DNA of 63,632 nucleotides, the filler included, from Psammoneis japonica (Eukaryota), in assembly GCA_008632985.1 (NCBI GenBank). It is 7 parts of 6 records of this genome, joined end to end, with 100 filler letters (N's around TTAATTAATTAA, not from the genome) between each part and the next. Parts side by side here need not be neighbours in the genome. Positions count along the whole stretch, not along the records: positions 29,159 to 54,064 come from QPGO01000038.1; 6 more parts are not named here. One strand, given 5' to 3'. Below the pieces are notes generated by a model. The model saw only the letters and a program-made list of their open reading frames with translations, ran no database searches and was not told where the DNA came from. Shown here piece by piece: positions 36,544 through 49,060 of the stretch. Numbering within the stretch: position 1 is the stretch's first letter; each line of letters begins with the position of its first letter. The position numbers were made by a program, and so were the translations under genes.

Positions 36544-38824
36544 TCATCCGATTCCTCATGTCCAAGATGTGCCACTTGGGCTCAAAGGCTTTGTGTGGGC
36601 TGCATTGCTGGATTTAAACATGGGCTGTCATCACATCCGATTGGATGCTGACAGCAAGAAGCTCTGTGCGCTCATCTTCCCGTGGGGCAAGCATGAGATG
36701 CAGGCATTGCTCATGGGATTGTGCAACTCGCCAGACATTTTCCAAGAACGCATGTCAGGCTTGTTTGAAGATCTGTCGTTTGTTCGAACGCACTTAGATG
36801 ACCTTCTCGTTGTGACGAAAGGCACCCATGAAGATCACCTCAACAAACTTGAAGAAGTTTTGTTGAGGGTCCAGAAAGCAGGACTAAAAGTTAACGCAAC
36901 TAAATCTCACTTCTGTCAAACCCAATTAGAATGCTTGGGTTGTCTGGCTGACAGAGACGGAGTGCGACCAACACCTGATAAAGTCGACGCCATCAAGCGA
37001 ATCGCGACCCCAACCAACAAACGCGACCTGCGTTCATTTGTTGGCATGGTGAACTGCTGTCGCGACACGTGGATTAGACGTTCTGAAGTCTTGGCTCCGC
37101 CAACACGACTCGCAAGCGAGACTGTTAAGTGGGAGTGGACGTCCGTTGAAAACGAGGCATTCGAAACCGTCAAACGGGCAATGTCGGATGATGTTTTGTT
37201 GTCACATCCTGATTTTAACAAACCCTTTGAGATGCATGCCGATGCCTCTAAATGTCAATTGGGAGCAGTCATGTCCCAAGATGACAAACCTGTCGCCTTT
37301 TGCAGCAGAAAGCTCAACAGTGCGCAATTAAATTGTGCAACAACGGAGAGAGAATTGCTCGCCATTGTGAAGACGTTGAAAGAATTTCGAACGATTCTCC
37401 TTGGTCATCGTGTGATCACACACACTGATCATAAAAATCTTGCGCACAAAGTGTTCAATGCCGAGCGCGTCATGCGCTGGCGGTTGACATGCGAAGAATG
37501 CGGTCCCGAATTGCGCCATGTTAAGGGTGCCCACAACCCAGTCGCTGACGCTCTTAGTCGCCTTCGACTGGCACCCAGCTTGCCTTCCGAGGCCAATCCG
37601 GATGTAAAAGACACTCCATCGAGTCGTCCTTTGCATGAAGCCTTTAATGCAGACGCTCAAGATGAGCCATCTCTGCCTGTTAGCTTCAAGCGCATTCAAA
37701 AAGCACAACAAAAGGACAAGCGCCTGCTCTCACGAGCCAAGGACTCGTCCGACTGCTCCATTCGCGCGCATCGTGGGGAAGGGTCATCACGACAGTCAAT
37801 CTGTCATAAGGACAAAATCGCAGTGCCGCAGTCATTGCAGGTTCCGCTAACTGAATGGTGCCACGAGACACTGTGTCATCCAGGTGAGACACGTGCGGAA
37901 ATGTCCATTGCCCAGCACTTCTGTTGGCCTGGCATGAGGTCTGCGGTGCATTCTACGTGCGTTGAGTGCGATCGATGCCAGAAGACAAAACGCCGAACGC
38001 AGCATTGTGGGAAGCTGCCAGAAAAGGTCGCAGAGATAATTCCATGGGAGACTCCATGCACAGATGTGATGGGGCCACATAAAATTCAAAGACACGGAAA
38101 GGACACCTTGCAATTGTGGGCAGTCACAATGATTGACCCAGCAACCGGGTGGTTCGAGATTGAAGAAGTGTCTGCGAAATGCGCAGACATCGCAGCAAAC
38201 GTCGTGGAACAAACGTGGCCATGCAGACATCCGTGGCCAACCCAGGTGGTTTATGACCGTGGGACAGAATTTATGGCAGAATTCAGCCAGATGATTAAAA
38301 ATGACTGTGGGATTTTGAAGAAACCCACAAGTGAACGGAATCCACAGGCGAATGCCACAGTGGAACGTGTGCGCCAGACACTTGGCAACATGGTGCGTTC
38401 CTTTTCAGCACAGGACATGGAACTGGACGAAGATGACCCATGGAGTGGCATCCTCTCCGCAGTGGCCTTCGCCATTGGAGCTGCGGCACACACGACCACG
38501 CGTGCAAGTCCCATGCAATTGGTCTTTGGACGCGATGCGGTTTCATCTGTTGCCCATCGTGCCAAGTGGAAGCACATAGAAACCAGAAAGCAGAAGCTCA
38601 TCCACTTAAACAACAAGCGTGAAAATCAGAAACGCAAGGAGTGTCAACATGCCGCAGGGCAATTGGTGCTTGTCAAGCAGGAACAATCCTCTAAATGCGG
38701 TTCTAACAGCCATGCAGGACCCGCCAGTGTTGTCCGTGTGTGTGACAATGGCACGTTGTGCACCCAGAACGGAGCACTGACAGATGCGCACAATCTGCGG
38801 CAGATTGCACCCTGTCACCAGTGA
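36544..38824 (+). pseudogene. Gypsy pol 3' part: RT, RNase H and integrase
   Basis: LDLNMGCHHI, HLDDLLV, DASKCQLGAVMSQ, ERELLAIV, HTDHKNL, H-x4-H zinc-finger, YDRGTEF and NPQANATVER. One Tyr in 787 aa. Confidence 0.93.
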
Positions 38825-39289
38825 GACATTCTGTCACTTGACGGCCCTGATCATGGGGGAGTGTGCAGCATGCCTCGCTGCTGGACAACACGGTGAGACC
38901 GTGCATGAGCCTCTTGCACGTGGCAACGTGGTGTTGTTAACACGCACCTGGGAAGCACGACCACAGGAGGGCGTGGCTCTAGATCTCAGGCAATTCCAGA
39001 AGGATGCCAAGAGAGCATCCGTGTGAAGCACACCAGCCCGTCGTCTGGCCCACGATGGCAGCGTGATTCCACATGATGACATCACTCGTGCATGGCGCGT
39101 GATGGCGTGATTCGCACGATCCATGATGCGAACGCACGATCGATTTGATGCGATCCAAACGCGAACGAATGGGGATTTGGCAAGATTCCCCATTCGCACG
39201 ATCCCATTTTCTCTGCTCTAAACTAGCTCACAATTTTCACAACGACAAAGTCGCAACACATCTTCTTTTTCAGCGCCTGGTGCATGCAT

Positions 39290-39640
39290 GGGGCACGAGT
39301 GCATGGCTCTCTGCACTCAGTGAAATCCTGCTCAACGGCATGGAAAGAACACTTTGGCAGCTCAAGCTCATGCCCAGCTGCGCCCAGCAAATCATGCCAG
39401 AGTTGATTGTTGGGCCATGTCTTCAATTTAGACAACAAAGTGGCGGAAGACAAAGAATTGCTCACAGCTGGAGGTGTGCATTGATGGAGGTGCCAGACAA
39501 GCAACAAGGCAGCAAGGTTCAATTGGCTGGTGTCATGCTCCCCGACAGTGTTCCCCTCATGCCCCAAGTCCACGGACAGGGGAGGGACAGCAGGAGGTGC
39601 ACCTCTGGCCTGTCCAAATTGATGTTGACTCCATGTCCAA
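39290..39640 (-). mobile_element. Short non-LTR (LINE-like) RT fragment; second copy at about 52120-52465
   Basis: QLWHDLLGAAGHELELPKCSFH resembles the W..LL...GG.L...KC motif of LINE RTs. Confidence 0.45.
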
Positions 39641-39849
39641 AGTGCTCTGCTGCTGCATCCTCTGGAGCATCTGCTGCCATCCAATGTTTGAATGTCTTCG
39701 GATTGTCTTGAGGACCAGCTGGCACTTGAATGGTCTTGATGCTTGAGTCTGCTTTCTCCTTGAAAGCATCAATCTTTCGGAACACTCTCTTTGTCTCTTC
39801 TGCTTCTGCGCACTGCAGCTTGCAGCAGAGACCGCTGTTGGACGAAAAC

Positions 39850-40300
39850 ATGCCAAGATCTGGCAGCCGGCTTGCGTGGCTGTTCTTCAGTCTTCCAGCC
39901 TTCCATGCTTGCTTTTGCGTGTCCAGCCAATGTCCAAGTCTTTCTCCATTTTCAGGCTGTTTGAGAAGAGAAAACACAGTTTCCCAATGCTCAGCCAGAA
40001 TGTCCCACTTGGCTCTGGCCTTCTCCAGCAATTCCTGTTGAGAAGCATCAAGTTTCCTTTTCCTTGTGGCATCCCGTTGGTTGCTTGACCATTTTCCAAG
40101 GTTCTCCCAACCCTTGTTGTGGCACCTTGGCATGTTGCAATGTCCCTCCCGTTTCGTGAATTGCTTGAGAAGAGAGGGCATTGTGCCCCATTGATTTTCC
40201 CACAAGAGCCACTTGGCACCAGCCTCCTCAAGTTTTTCTTCTTTTTCAATGTTGAGCATGCTGAGCTTGTGTTTTGTGGCCACTGGTTGTCCAACCAAAT
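39850..40300 (-). pseudogene. Degenerate helicase-associated (HA) domain repeats
   Basis: W..M..LL.QF..REGHCNMP....LGKW..NQR.....LD..QQELLE and LGHWLDTQKQ. Confidence 0.65.
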
Positions 40301-40479
40301 TCCAAGAGCAAAGCCATCCTCAGCACATTCATTGGGAAGATCAGGCTGCAAGCAAAACATGGCGCCAATCTCAGCAACACAGCATTGTGGAAATGTGCTC
40401 TTTGTGCCAGAGGCATGTGTTTGTGAACAACATGGTTCACTGGCAGTGCTGCCAACAGATGCTCTCTATTTTCTTTTTT

Positions 40480-41717
40480 GCATGTTTGTTTTCCTTGAAA
40501 TGACATGCTTGTTTTCCTTGAAAAAACGTGCTTGTTTTCCTTGAAAGAACATGTTTGTTTTCCTTGAAACAACACGTTTGTTTTTGTCAAAACAATGTGT
40601 TTGTTTTTGTTGAAATGAAGTGTTTGTTTTCCTTAAAAAGACATGTTTGTTTTCCCTGAAACGACATGTTTGTTTTCCTTGAAACGACATGTTTGTTTTC
40701 CTTGAAAAGACATGTCTGTTTTCTGCAAAATGACATGTTTGTTTTCTTGAAAAGACATGTTTGTTTTTCTCAAAAAAACATGTTTGGTTTCCTTGAAACA
40801 ACATGTTTGTCTTCGTTGAAACAACATGTTTGTTTTCCTTGAAATGATGTGTTGGTTTTCCCTGAAACGACATGTTTGTTTTTGTTGAAACGACTTGTTT
40901 GTTTTCCTTGAAATGACGTGTTTGTTTTCCTTGAAACGACATGTTTGTTTTCCTTGAAAGAACTTGCATGTTTTCTTTCCTTGAAACAACATGTTTGTTC
41001 TCTTTGAAAAGACATGTTTGTTTTCTTTGAAAAGACATGTTTGTTTTCCTTGAAAAGACATGTTTGTTTTTCTTGAAAAGACATGTTTGTTTTTCTTGAA
41101 AATGAGTGAATGCTGTTTGTTTTCCTCAAAAGGACATGTTTGTTTTCCTTGAAAAGACACCTTTGTTTTCCTTGAAAAGACATGTTTGTTTTCAAGACAT
41201 GTTTTTTTCCTTGAAAACACGTGCATGTTTTCTTGGAAACAACACGTTTGTTTTCCTTGAAACAACATGTTTGTTTTCCTTGAAACAACATGTTTGTTTT
41301 CCTTGAAACGACATGTTTGTTTTCCTTGAAACGACATGTTTGTTTTCCTTGAAACAACACATTTGTTTTCCTTGAAACGACATGATTGTTTTCTTTGAAA
41401 CGACATGTTTGTTTTCCTTGAAATGCACGCTTGTTTTCCTTGAAATGACATGTTTGTTTTCCTTGAAATGACATGTTTTTTTTTTTAAACGACATGTTTG
41501 TTTTCCTTTAAACGACATGTTTGTTTTCCTTGAAAAGACACGTTTGTTTTTCTTGAAACAACATGTTTGTTTTCCTTGAAATGAAGTGTTTGTTTTCCTT
41601 GAAAAGACATGTTTGTTTTCCTTGAAACGGCGTGTTTGTTTTCCTTGAAACAACACGTTTGTTTTCCTTGAAAAGACATGTCTGTTTTCCTTAAAATGAC
41701 ACGTTTGTTTTCCTTGC
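40480..41717. repeat. 23-bp minisatellite array (consensus ACATGTTTGTTTTCCTTGAAACG), about 50 units
   Basis: Visible tandem units. The spurious ORFs have a 23-aa period, equal to 3 units. Confidence 0.95.
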
Positions 41718-42189
41718 AACAACTGGCATGGAAACTCTGGCGGCAAGCACCAACCTGAAAAGGACAAGCCCAGGATCTGGGCATGCCATTGCCCCATTGA
41801 AGAGTGGAGGGCTCCTGACGGTCCTGAGCAAAAGCAAGTTGAGAAGCTCCATGAGGCCAAGAAAGCTGGGAAAAAATGCAAAGCAGCAGCTGCATCCTTG
41901 GAGGCTGAGTCGGTCGATGCTGACACTCACGCTGTGAAAAGGACGGCTGTTGCCAAGCCTTAACCTGCTGATGAACAAAAGGACTCCAAAGAGTCAGATG
42001 AGCCACCTGCTGTCTGCACAGGCATGCAGTTTGGATGCAGCGCCCACAAGAAACCTCAGAAGGAGGAACGAACAGTTGTGCCAGCACCAAAAGGCATGGA
42101 GCCAACTGTTGCTGCACCTGCTGGCACTGTGCATTTATCCAGGTGATTCCCAAAGAACACGTGTGTCTCTTTGTCATCTGCTGGACATT

Positions 42190-42700
42190 CACATGGTGAA
42201 GCAACCAATGGCTTGGACTCGCACGCTGATGCGTGCGCTGTTGGGTCCAAATTTGTCATGTGCTCTGATGTTGACTGCGCTGTTGCAGTGCATCCTTGCT
42301 CCGAAGAGTGTGCGCCAATGAGGAGTGCTCTCATTTGTGCGGCTGCTGCCATGTGGGTTGATCCAACCAATGGATGGCCACACCTGCTGCCAGTCCATGA
42401 GGCTGTGTTTTTTGGGGACAGAATGACTGACACCCTGCTGTGCCCCAAACAACTGCGAGCGAGTGAGCTGACTGTCCACAACACCCCTCGCCAGTTTCGT
42501 CCCAACAGCACACACTCTGTTGTTTTCCCTGACTCGAAAATCAGGATGCCTTTGTGCACGCAAGGTGTTGCTGTGGTCTTTGACTCACATGAGCCAACTC
42601 AGGAGGATCTGGAGAACCTCCCCCGGCTGGAGCTCACATCACCCCTTGGATGGGAACCTTCTGCTGATGCCGCAGCACAAAAGGAGGAAGAGCGCGCATG
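42190..42700 (+). mobile_element. Copia protease-region fragment; partial copy at about 45240-45455
   Basis: GLDSHADACAVG...HEAVFFGDRMTDTLLCPKQLR...TPRQF. Confidence 0.75.
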
Positions 42701-42964
42701 TGCCAGTGTGCGCAAAGGACCAGCAAAGTCTGATGGACAGTTGACAATGGATGGGTTCCAGCCCCAGGTGGGACTTTTTGTGACATTTGCCCCGTGGAAT
42801 TCTGCGTGCGAGCTCTCTGCAGTTCGCACTCTGGTCAATGGACACATTTGTCTTCAACACAAAACAAATGGCCAAGTTTGCAGTGCATGTGTCTCTGTTC
42901 GCACTCGAAGTTTTGGACAACACGGCTGCCCTGCGCCATTCTTAAGACACTCGAGAATGGCGCA

Positions 42965-43850
42965 GAAGAAAAAAACATCAAAAGTTGCTGAATGGATCGC
43001 CTGACATTTGCACCATAAAATGATGCAAAATTTCACCAAAATCACGTAGAAATCTGCGTGCACGACATGCGACGTGATTCAAAAAACTGTCAATGTCACA
43101 ATTCAGCAGTGCGAGGTCCCACCCAGACCTGGAATGCGTCAATGATGAGTGCGACCAGGTGTGTCACTTCAACTCATTTGTGCCAGACGTCCCACAAAAA
43201 TGAGAGCATCATTGTGGATGCAAATGATGGCGATTCTCTGCATGCTGCTTGGTTGCTCAGGTGAGTGTCTCTCACAACCACATTGGGGGAGACGGGCCAC
43301 ATGACTGGCACAGTCTGTGCGTCCACCTGGATTGTGCTGAGTGGAGATGGGTGCATGCACTGTCGACCTTGAGTTGTGCATCGACTGTCACACCCAAGAT
43401 GCTCTCCAAGAGGTGGGACATTGGCCTGATGGCCGCCAAGAACACCCTCCGAGTGACAACCCAGGCAGGGGCCAGCAACGTCAAGATCATGGGTTGCGTG
43501 AGCTCTGGGTGCACGCTCAAGGACTAAAGTGTCTGCGAGCTGGAGGAGCAATTGGGCGCCCAGATCAGAAAGTGCCAGTTGTCTGACTTGGAAAGCAAGG
43601 CACGCTGGGCCATGTCCTCTGACCTTTGTGTCAAGTGGGAATTGACTGATGTTGAGCTGGAGCTGAAGAAAACTGAAAGGCGTCTTCCGACAAAGGCGTC
43701 AACCCCCTTGAGACCGCGGCACAGGCCTGAGCTGGACAGCTTGCCTGAGTTGAGTGCCAAAATGGCCAACTGTCATCAAGGCTTTGTTGGTGTGCTCCGA
43801 GTTGTTTGTTTTTCTTGAAAAGACATGTTTGTTTTTGTCAAAAAGACGCG
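42965..43850 (+). mobile_element. Composite repeat containing fused Copia pre-integrase and RT fragments; second copy at about 52470-53370
   Basis: VTPKMLSKRWDIGLMAAKNTLRVTTQ is joined directly to WAMSSDLCVK...HRPELDSLPEL...HQGFVGVLR. Confidence 0.7.
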
Positions 43851-44433
43851 CTTGTTTTTCTTGAAACGACATGTTTGTTTTCCTTGAAACGACATGTTTG
43901 TTTTCCTTGAAAAGACATGTTTGTTTTCCTTGAAACAACACGTTTGTTTCACATGTTTGTTTTTGTTGAAACGACATGTTTGTTTTCCTTGAAACGACAT
44001 GTTGTTTTTCTTGAAACGACGTGTTTGTTTTCCTTGAAAAGACATGTTTGTTTTTTTTTGAAACGACATGTTTGTTTTCCTTGAAAGGACATGTTTGTTT
44101 TCCTTGAAATGACATGTTTGTTTTCCTTGAAAGAACTTGCATGTTTTCTTTCCTTGAAACAACATGTTTGTTTTTGTCAAGACAACATGTTTGTTTTCCT
44201 TGAAATGACACGCTTGTTTTCCTTGAAAAGACATGTTTGTTTTTCTTGAAAAGACATGTTTGTTTTCACTGAAATGACATGTTTGTTTTCCTTGAAAAGA
44301 CACATCTGTTTTTCTTGAAATGACATGTTTGTTTTTCTCAAAAACAAGATGTTTGTTCAACATGTTTGTTTTCTTTGAAAAAACATGTTTGTTTTCCATG
44401 AAAAGACATGTTTGTTTTCCTTGAAAAGACATG
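43802..44433. repeat. 23-bp minisatellite array
   Basis: Same unit as 40480-41717. Confidence 0.93.
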
Positions 44434-44434
44434 T

Positions 44435-44763
44435 GGGCAGGCGGTGGGAGCCACCACCCACAAGAGCCGTGCCTGTGCACAGATTGCTGCCGCGAAGTGC
44501 ACCAGATGGGGTCATTTTGCTTTTGACCAGTGCGTGCAATGCCATCAGAAGGCTTGCGATGACTTGTCTGAGCTCGACGAGCCAGCGGCCGAGACCAAGA
44601 AGGTCTCTGACTTTCTCAAGGGTGTTTTCGACCCTGGGTTGGAGACTGGTGAGAGTGCAGTGGATGGAAATCTGATGAAGCCAGCAGACTTCAAAGCATG
44701 CCAGCAGTGTGCAAAGATTCTGGTGGAGAATGCCAAGAACCACAACGCTGATGCTTGCATGGC
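44435..44763 (+). mobile_element. Copia gag fragment
   Basis: FAFDQCVQCHQKACDDLSELDEPAAETKKVSDFLKGVFDP. Confidence 0.6.
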
Positions 44764-44994
44764 TCAGTGAGCCGAGCATGCACATTTCTCATTTGACCAT
44801 CGCAGGTCCATCTTGTGGGGGGTGTCAAAATGTCGTGCTTCAATGTGCGAATTTTCAATTTCACACAACCTCAACAACTGCACACACAATGTGACGATTG
44901 ATCCTCGAGACGCATCAAAGCACAACGTTTTGGCACCCCCCACAAGACAGACCTGTGATGGTCAAATGAGAAATGTGCATGTTCGGCTCACTGA
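44764..44994. mobile_element. MITE-like foldback element, 231 bp with ~84-bp terminal inverted repeats
   Basis: 44764-44847 (TCAGTGAGCCGAGCATGCACATTTCTCATTTGACCATC...) is the reverse complement of 44911-44994, with a few transitions. Confidence 0.85.
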
Positions 44995-45108
44995 AGGGAC
45001 CCCAAAGACACCACCATTTGCACTCAATGATCGATTTTGACCAAATGCACACTTTTTGCCACACCCGACTTTTGCCAATTTTGCCTGGTCAATCCGTGGA
45101 TGCGGTGT

Positions 45109-45808
45109 TAAAAAGACATGTTTGTTTTCCTTGAAACAACATGTTTGTTTTCCTTGAAACAACACGTTTGTTTCACATGTTTGTTTTCCTTGAAACGACA
45201 TGTTTGTTTTTCTTGAAACGACGTGTTTGTTTTCAAGGCCTCGATGTTGCAGTGCATCCTTGCTCTGAATGTCCCCATTTGTGTGGATGCTGCCATGTGG
45301 GTCAATCCAGCCAGTGGACAGCCACACCTGCTGCCAGTCCACTGGGCTTTTTTTTTCAGAGACACAATGACTGACACCCTGCTGTGCCCCAGCCAACTGC
45401 AAGCAAGTGAACCGACTGTCCACGACACCCCTCGCAAGTTTGATCCCAACAGCGCACACTCTGGACGTCCACCAGGATTGTGCTGAGTGGAAACGGGTGC
45501 ATGCGCTGTCGACCTTGAGTCGTGCATCAACTGTCACAACCGAGATGCTCTCCAAGAGGTGGAATGTTTGTTTCCTTGAAATGACACGTTTGTTTTCCTT
45601 GAAAAGACACGTTTGTTTTCCTTGAAATGACATGTTTGTTTTCCTTGAAAAGACACATTTTTTTTCTTTGAAACGACATGTTTTTTTTTTGAGTGACATG
45701 TTTGTTTTCCTTGAAACAACACGTTGGCTTTCCTCGAAATGACACGTTTGTTTTCCTTGAAATGACTTTTTTTTGAAACGACGTGTTTGTTTTTCTTGAA
45801 ACAACATG
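45109..45808. repeat. Two short 23-bp minisatellite blocks (45109-45235, 45563-45808) flanking Copia fragments
   Basis: Same unit as 40480-41717. Confidence 0.85.
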
Positions 45809-46359
45809 AGTTTGCCTTGAATTCTGCACAAGAATGCACTGACGGATGCAAACCAATGCGATTCCATGTGCAGGAGAACAGCATCTGCACCCCACAAGAA
45901 GCTCGCGCCTGTCCCCAAGTTCAGTTGGATTCATGAGACTGCAATGTGCAGCAATTTGTTTGGTTGATCCTCTCCCAGATGAAGATGTGTGACACCTCTG
46001 GAATGCTTGAACAGCACCCGCAACTGAGCAACTCCTTGTTTGATGTCTGGCGGTCAAAATCCTCCACCGCCAAGAGCTTGTGGGCCACACAAGATGAGTT
46101 GTTTTGTGTTTCAGCTGCACCCACATTTGACAATGTGAGCCGCACTGCTTTCTGTCAAGCGGCAAGCAAGTGCTTGGGGAGAAAGTTCTTGTCAGGGTGA
46201 GCACAGGTCATTGAGGAGAGATGACATGCATGGCAGCATCTCCATGTTTCTGCATGACAAAGCGAACAAGATCAAAGGAAAAGAGCTGCAGCATCGCTCT
46301 TGTGTCGGAGTTTCTTCAGCTGAGTCTTCTGGGCACCAATTGGAGCCAAGCAGTGGTTG

Positions 46360-47400
46360 TTGCAGGGGGGCACTGAAGGGACACAGCCCACTGGCAGGGC
46401 ACTGATCAAACAAGATTTGCGGCGCAAGTGTTTGGCGCTGGGGGCACCTTTGAGGCTTTGTGCCCTCAGCCATGTTGTGCAATTCTAGATTTTGTGCCCT
46501 TGACCTTTTTGTGCCCTTGGCTGTTTTGCACCCTTTCCTTTTTTTGTGCCCTTGAGCACTTTGCCCCATCTCGTGGTTTTGTGCCCTTGGCCATTTTGCG
46601 CCCTTTGTGACTTTGTGCCCTTGGCCATTTTGTGCCTTTTTTGGCTTTGGGCCCTCAGCCGCATTTGGCGCCCCTCCTGATTTTGTGCCTTCAGCAATTT
46701 GCAGCATGCATGCAGACAAAAGGTCATTTTTGTCACGCCCTTTGTGACATTTAAAGGCTGCAACACATCGCCGTGATGCATTGGCTCTTGTCAGTGGCTG
46801 TGTGTTGCACTCCTCCCCATGCATCACGCGTCCATGCGGCTCTTTACCAACGTGTGCTGACACTGCACGGTTTTGGCGGAACAGTGTGGGTGCGTGCGAA
46901 GGAACACACAGAACTGCACAGAGTTTTGCGCTTTCGACAGTGATCAACGTTGCTGCAGACAACTCCCACTCGGGTTTCGAACCCCTGGCCTCCTGCCCAG
47001 TGGTTGCGATGTGCCACTCCGCTGTGAATTCACAATGCAGCATGCATGCAGACAAAAGGTTGTTTTTGTCACGCCCTTTGTGACATTTAAAGGCTGCAAC
47101 ACGTCGCCGTGATACATTGACTCTTGTCAGTGGCTGCACATTGCAAATTTTTGGCCATTGTGGTTTTGTGCCCTTTGCCACCTTGGGCCCTTTCTGATTT
47201 TTTGCCCTTGGCAGCTTTGTGCCCTCAGCCACCATTTTGCACCCTCAGCCATTTTGTGACCTCAGCAACTTTGTGCCCCTGCCTGGTTTGTGCTCTTTGT
47301 GATTTGGCGCCCTCAACAGACATTTTTTGTCCTTTTTGATTTTGTGCCCTTGGCCATTTTGCTGGTCACGACAGAGCTGCAGAACAACAAGAACCTGCCC
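46360..47400. repeat. Degenerate TTTGTGCCCTT-core repeat blocks, homologous to 50880-51860
   Basis: TTT(T)G(T/C)GCCCT core roughly every 17-20 bp. An internal duplicated insert occupies 46700-47140. Confidence 0.8.
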
Positions 47401-47419
47401 GATGAAGAACGCGGGGCAA

Positions 47420-49060
47420 AGGAGAGAAAGTGCGCGAGATGCCTGAAGCACTTCATGGCAGGGAACTCCAAGAATGGAGATGCAGAAGGGAGCACACCCA
47501 GGAAATGCAAGAGGGAGGATTTTTGCAGGAAGACTGTGGCAGAGTGTGGCAGGAAAGCGGGGGAGGGGGGCAGTGGGTTGGGGGATGAGGAAAGCCACGT
47601 GGGGGGTTGGACCCAGACACATGAGCTGGAGCCAACACCTGTTTGGCAGAGAATGTGTGAAAAGTGGCAGTCACGTTTGTTGCAAATGACGTTGCAGGCA
47701 CAATCCAAATTGAGCGACTGCGCTCCACGGTGCCAGCCGGAGAGCAACCGGGGAAGGGCACAACACAAGCGGCACTTTGGGAAGCCAGTCAACCAATCTG
47801 TTGTCAGTCAGTTGTCGAATGTGTTTGAGTGGGCGCGCCGGAGTTTTTGGCCCGCTCGCTTTCTACGTGGCCTGGTGCAACCCAAATCTGTGTGGGCTCA
47901 GCACGCTTTGCCCTGCAGAACAGTTTTTGGGAGTGTTCTCTGGCTCGCGGCTCAAAATGGCACACAAAACGGCATGGACAATGGCGTTTTGCCAAGTTGA
48001 AAAATGTGATTGTCTCTGAGGTCGGAACCTGGATGCTCTCAACAGAGTTCGGTTTGTTGTGTCATCTTGTGCGAGATGAGCTCAAGAGCGCCCAGGCTCA
48101 CATGGGCAGATTGTGGCGAAAATTCTTGCTGAAGGTTCGCATTGACAATGTCGCTTCTGTTGCTTCACAACCAGCCTCATGCACTGCCATTTGTGCTGTG
48201 TGTTTTGTCGAGGCTTCATGTGTTTGCAGCCGTTCAATTTGCGTGCAATTTCTCTTTCTGCGCTGTTCTTTTGTTCTGTGGGGTCTCTGTTGTCATGAGG
48301 CACCCCAGAGACACTTTTTCTTGTCTAGAATGTCATCTCTAAAGTGCAGTGGCCACGGCAATTCAGTGACGAAGCCAAGTCACAGACACAGCATCAGGAA
48401 GAGTTCAAGACAAACACGGCAACTTGGAGCCATGACGTCTTGAGCTGGTTGAGCTCTCAAGAGCTCAGACACATCATCGCGCAGCTTTGACAACATTTCT
48501 CCCCCACTGTCCATGGTGATGCTGAGTTTGATTTGGCAGACCAGCGCATCATGGTGACTCCAAAGGCAAAGATTGCTTCTTTTGGCTGTGGGGCTGTTTG
48601 CAACCTGGGAACATGTGGCTTGTTTGCATGAAAGTGCGCGAGATGCCTGGAGCACTTCACGACAGGGAACTCCAAGAACGGAGATGCGGGAGGGAGTGCA
48701 CCCAGGAAATGCAAGAGGGAGGCTTTTTGCAAGAAGATTGTGGCAGAGCGTGGCAGGAAAGTGGAGGAGGGAGGCAGTGGGTTGGGGGATGAGGAAAGCC
48801 ACATGGCGGGTTGCACTGAGACACACGAGCTGGGGCCAAAACCTGTTTGGCGGACAACGTGTGAAAAGCAGCAGCCACCTTTGTTGCAAATGACGTTGCA
48901 GACACAATCTAAATTGAGTGACTGCATTCCATGGCACCAGCTGGAGAGCAGCTGGGGAAGGGCACAACACAAGCGGCGCTTTGGGAAACCAGTCAACCGA
49001 TCTGTTGTCAGTCAGTTGTTGAATGTGTTTGAGTGGGTCCGCCGGAGTTTTTGGCCCGTT
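47420..49060 (+). repeat. Local dispersed duplication (about 47420-47860 vs 48630-49060; 47860-48280 vs 50260-50660)
   Basis: Shared text such as GGGGATGAGGAAAGCCAC...GTCAGTCAGTTGT. Confidence 0.75.

Larger units (their letters stand above)
29159..39270 (+). mobile_element. Ty3/Gypsy LTR retrotransposon, 5'-truncated by the contig end, interrupted by a Copia insertion and TpA-hypermutated
   Basis: Domain order PR (TLPDSGAS), RT, RNase H, IN. PPT-like CATGGGGGAG at 38852-38861 is followed by a putative 3' LTR starting TG; its right end is approximate. Confidence 0.9.

Noticed and set aside
29159..38824. Alternative genetic code explaining Tyr->Cys/His
   Set aside because: Host genes use TAT/TAC normally, both Cys and His replace Tyr, and non-coding LTRs, TIRs and satellites show the same change.
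30402..38824. ADAR editing of retroelement RNA before integration
   Set aside because: It would be strand-biased and shared by both LTRs. Changes occur on both strands, differ between LTRs, and affect a MITE and satellites.
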